From Candidatus Poseidoniaceae archaeon (GTDB taxonomy: Archaea > Thermoplasmatota > Poseidoniia > Poseidoniales > Poseidoniaceae), in NCBI GenBank assembly GCA_943789275.1, contig CALSTM010000003.1, forward strand, positions 150,001 to 182,000: a stretch of DNA of 32,000 bases. The letters are read 5' to 3'. Positions 31,717-32,000 of this stretch are shown here, piece after piece (the stretch's first letter is position 1; every line of letters starts with the position of its first letter). Below the pieces are notes generated by a model, which was not told where the DNA came from, ran no database searches, and was given only the letters and a program-made list of their open reading frames with translations. The position numbers were made by a program, and so were the translations under genes.

Positions 31717-32000
31717 TTAAGCAGCAAGATGGTAAAGTCGCTTGCCAGTGGAATTATCGAGCGTAAATCCAATCATTTCAGAAAGATACCTTGGGATGAA
31801 GAAACCAACCTTACGCGTCGTAAGGCCATGGTTTCTCATCTTCCGCTCGTTTGAAAGATGATCAACGATGTCTGCAGCTGAACACTGCGGTTGCGACGAG
31901 ACATATTCAATAATCTCATTTTTCAATCGGTTTAATCGAGCTTGTTTTTGTACGCCGTTTCCTTTCATGATTCTCATGTATTCTTTGTCTTCCACGATAT
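31717..32000 (-). CDS. Small hypothetical protein, possibly winged-helix (start may lie beyond window edge)
   Basis: The frame is open to the window end. Candidate starts are the GTG at 31995 or the ATG at 31977. The segment NEIIEYVSSQPQCSAADIVDHLSNE looks like an HTH. No family was recognised. Confidence 0.5.
   Translation of the reverse strand, partial: IVEDKEYMRIMKGNGVQKQARLNRLKNEIIEYVSSQPQCSAADIVDHLSNERKMRNHGLTTRKVGFFIPRYLSEMIGFTLDNSTGKRLYHLAA

Noticed and set aside
1-32000. A search by eye for CRISPR arrays, transposases, integrases, phage genes, rRNA/tRNA, and known defence genes (restriction-modification, Cas, toxin nucleases).
   Set aside because: I saw no regularly spaced direct repeats, no DDE or tyrosine-recombinase motifs, no structural RNA signatures, and no nuclease or methylase motifs. 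Absence is based on manual reading only and should be confirmed with tRNAscan-SE, Infernal/Rfam, CRISPR finders and DefenseFinder/PADLOC.

Overview
This is a gene-dense 32-kb chromosomal segment with about 30 protein genes. Spacers are usually under 100 nt, and there are several stop-to-stop or 4-nt gene junctions. I found no rRNA, tRNA, CRISPR array, transposase or integrase. Housekeeping genes recognisable from catalytic motifs are: cyclophilin PPIase, class II fumarase (fumC), GTPase HflX, exonuclease III (xth), an FAD-dependent oxidoreductase, a stand-alone GMP synthase glutamine-amidotransferase subunit (guaAA), ATP-dependent PEP carboxykinase (pckA), and a GlmM-like phosphohexosamine mutase coupled to a stand-alone GlmU-C-terminal-like hexapeptide acyltransferase. 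Interleaved with these is a large set of very acidic secreted or membrane-anchored proteins with thrombospondin-type-3-like Ca repeats, LDL-receptor-A-like modules, PKD, LVIVD-type beta-propeller and CarboxypepD_reg-like domains, most of them ending in a single TM helix plus basic residues. The split guaA, the acidic anchored surface proteins, the small RHH/wHTH regulators, the TATA-like AT boxes and the compactness are compatible with a marine planktonic archaeon (Poseidoniales / Marine Group II-like). That assignment is inference, not proof. The most unusual loci are listed below.
- A roughly 1300-aa protein made almost entirely of transmembrane helices, followed by a Tubby/scramblase-like protein (24.8-29.3 kb).
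- A four-gene SPFH cassette with two 2-TM miniproteins and an embedded Arc-type RHH protein but no NfeD partner (3.1-4.8 kb).
- An unannotated 39-aa CxC-x7-C-x3-H miniprotein with a perfect SD, translationally coupled to a 2-TM protein and sitting where the 5' half of a decayed HxlR regulator should be (18.8-19.4 kb).
- A translatable CxxC...CxxC leader in frame with fumC (1.59-1.71 kb).
All functional calls come from motif recognition by eye. No database search was run.
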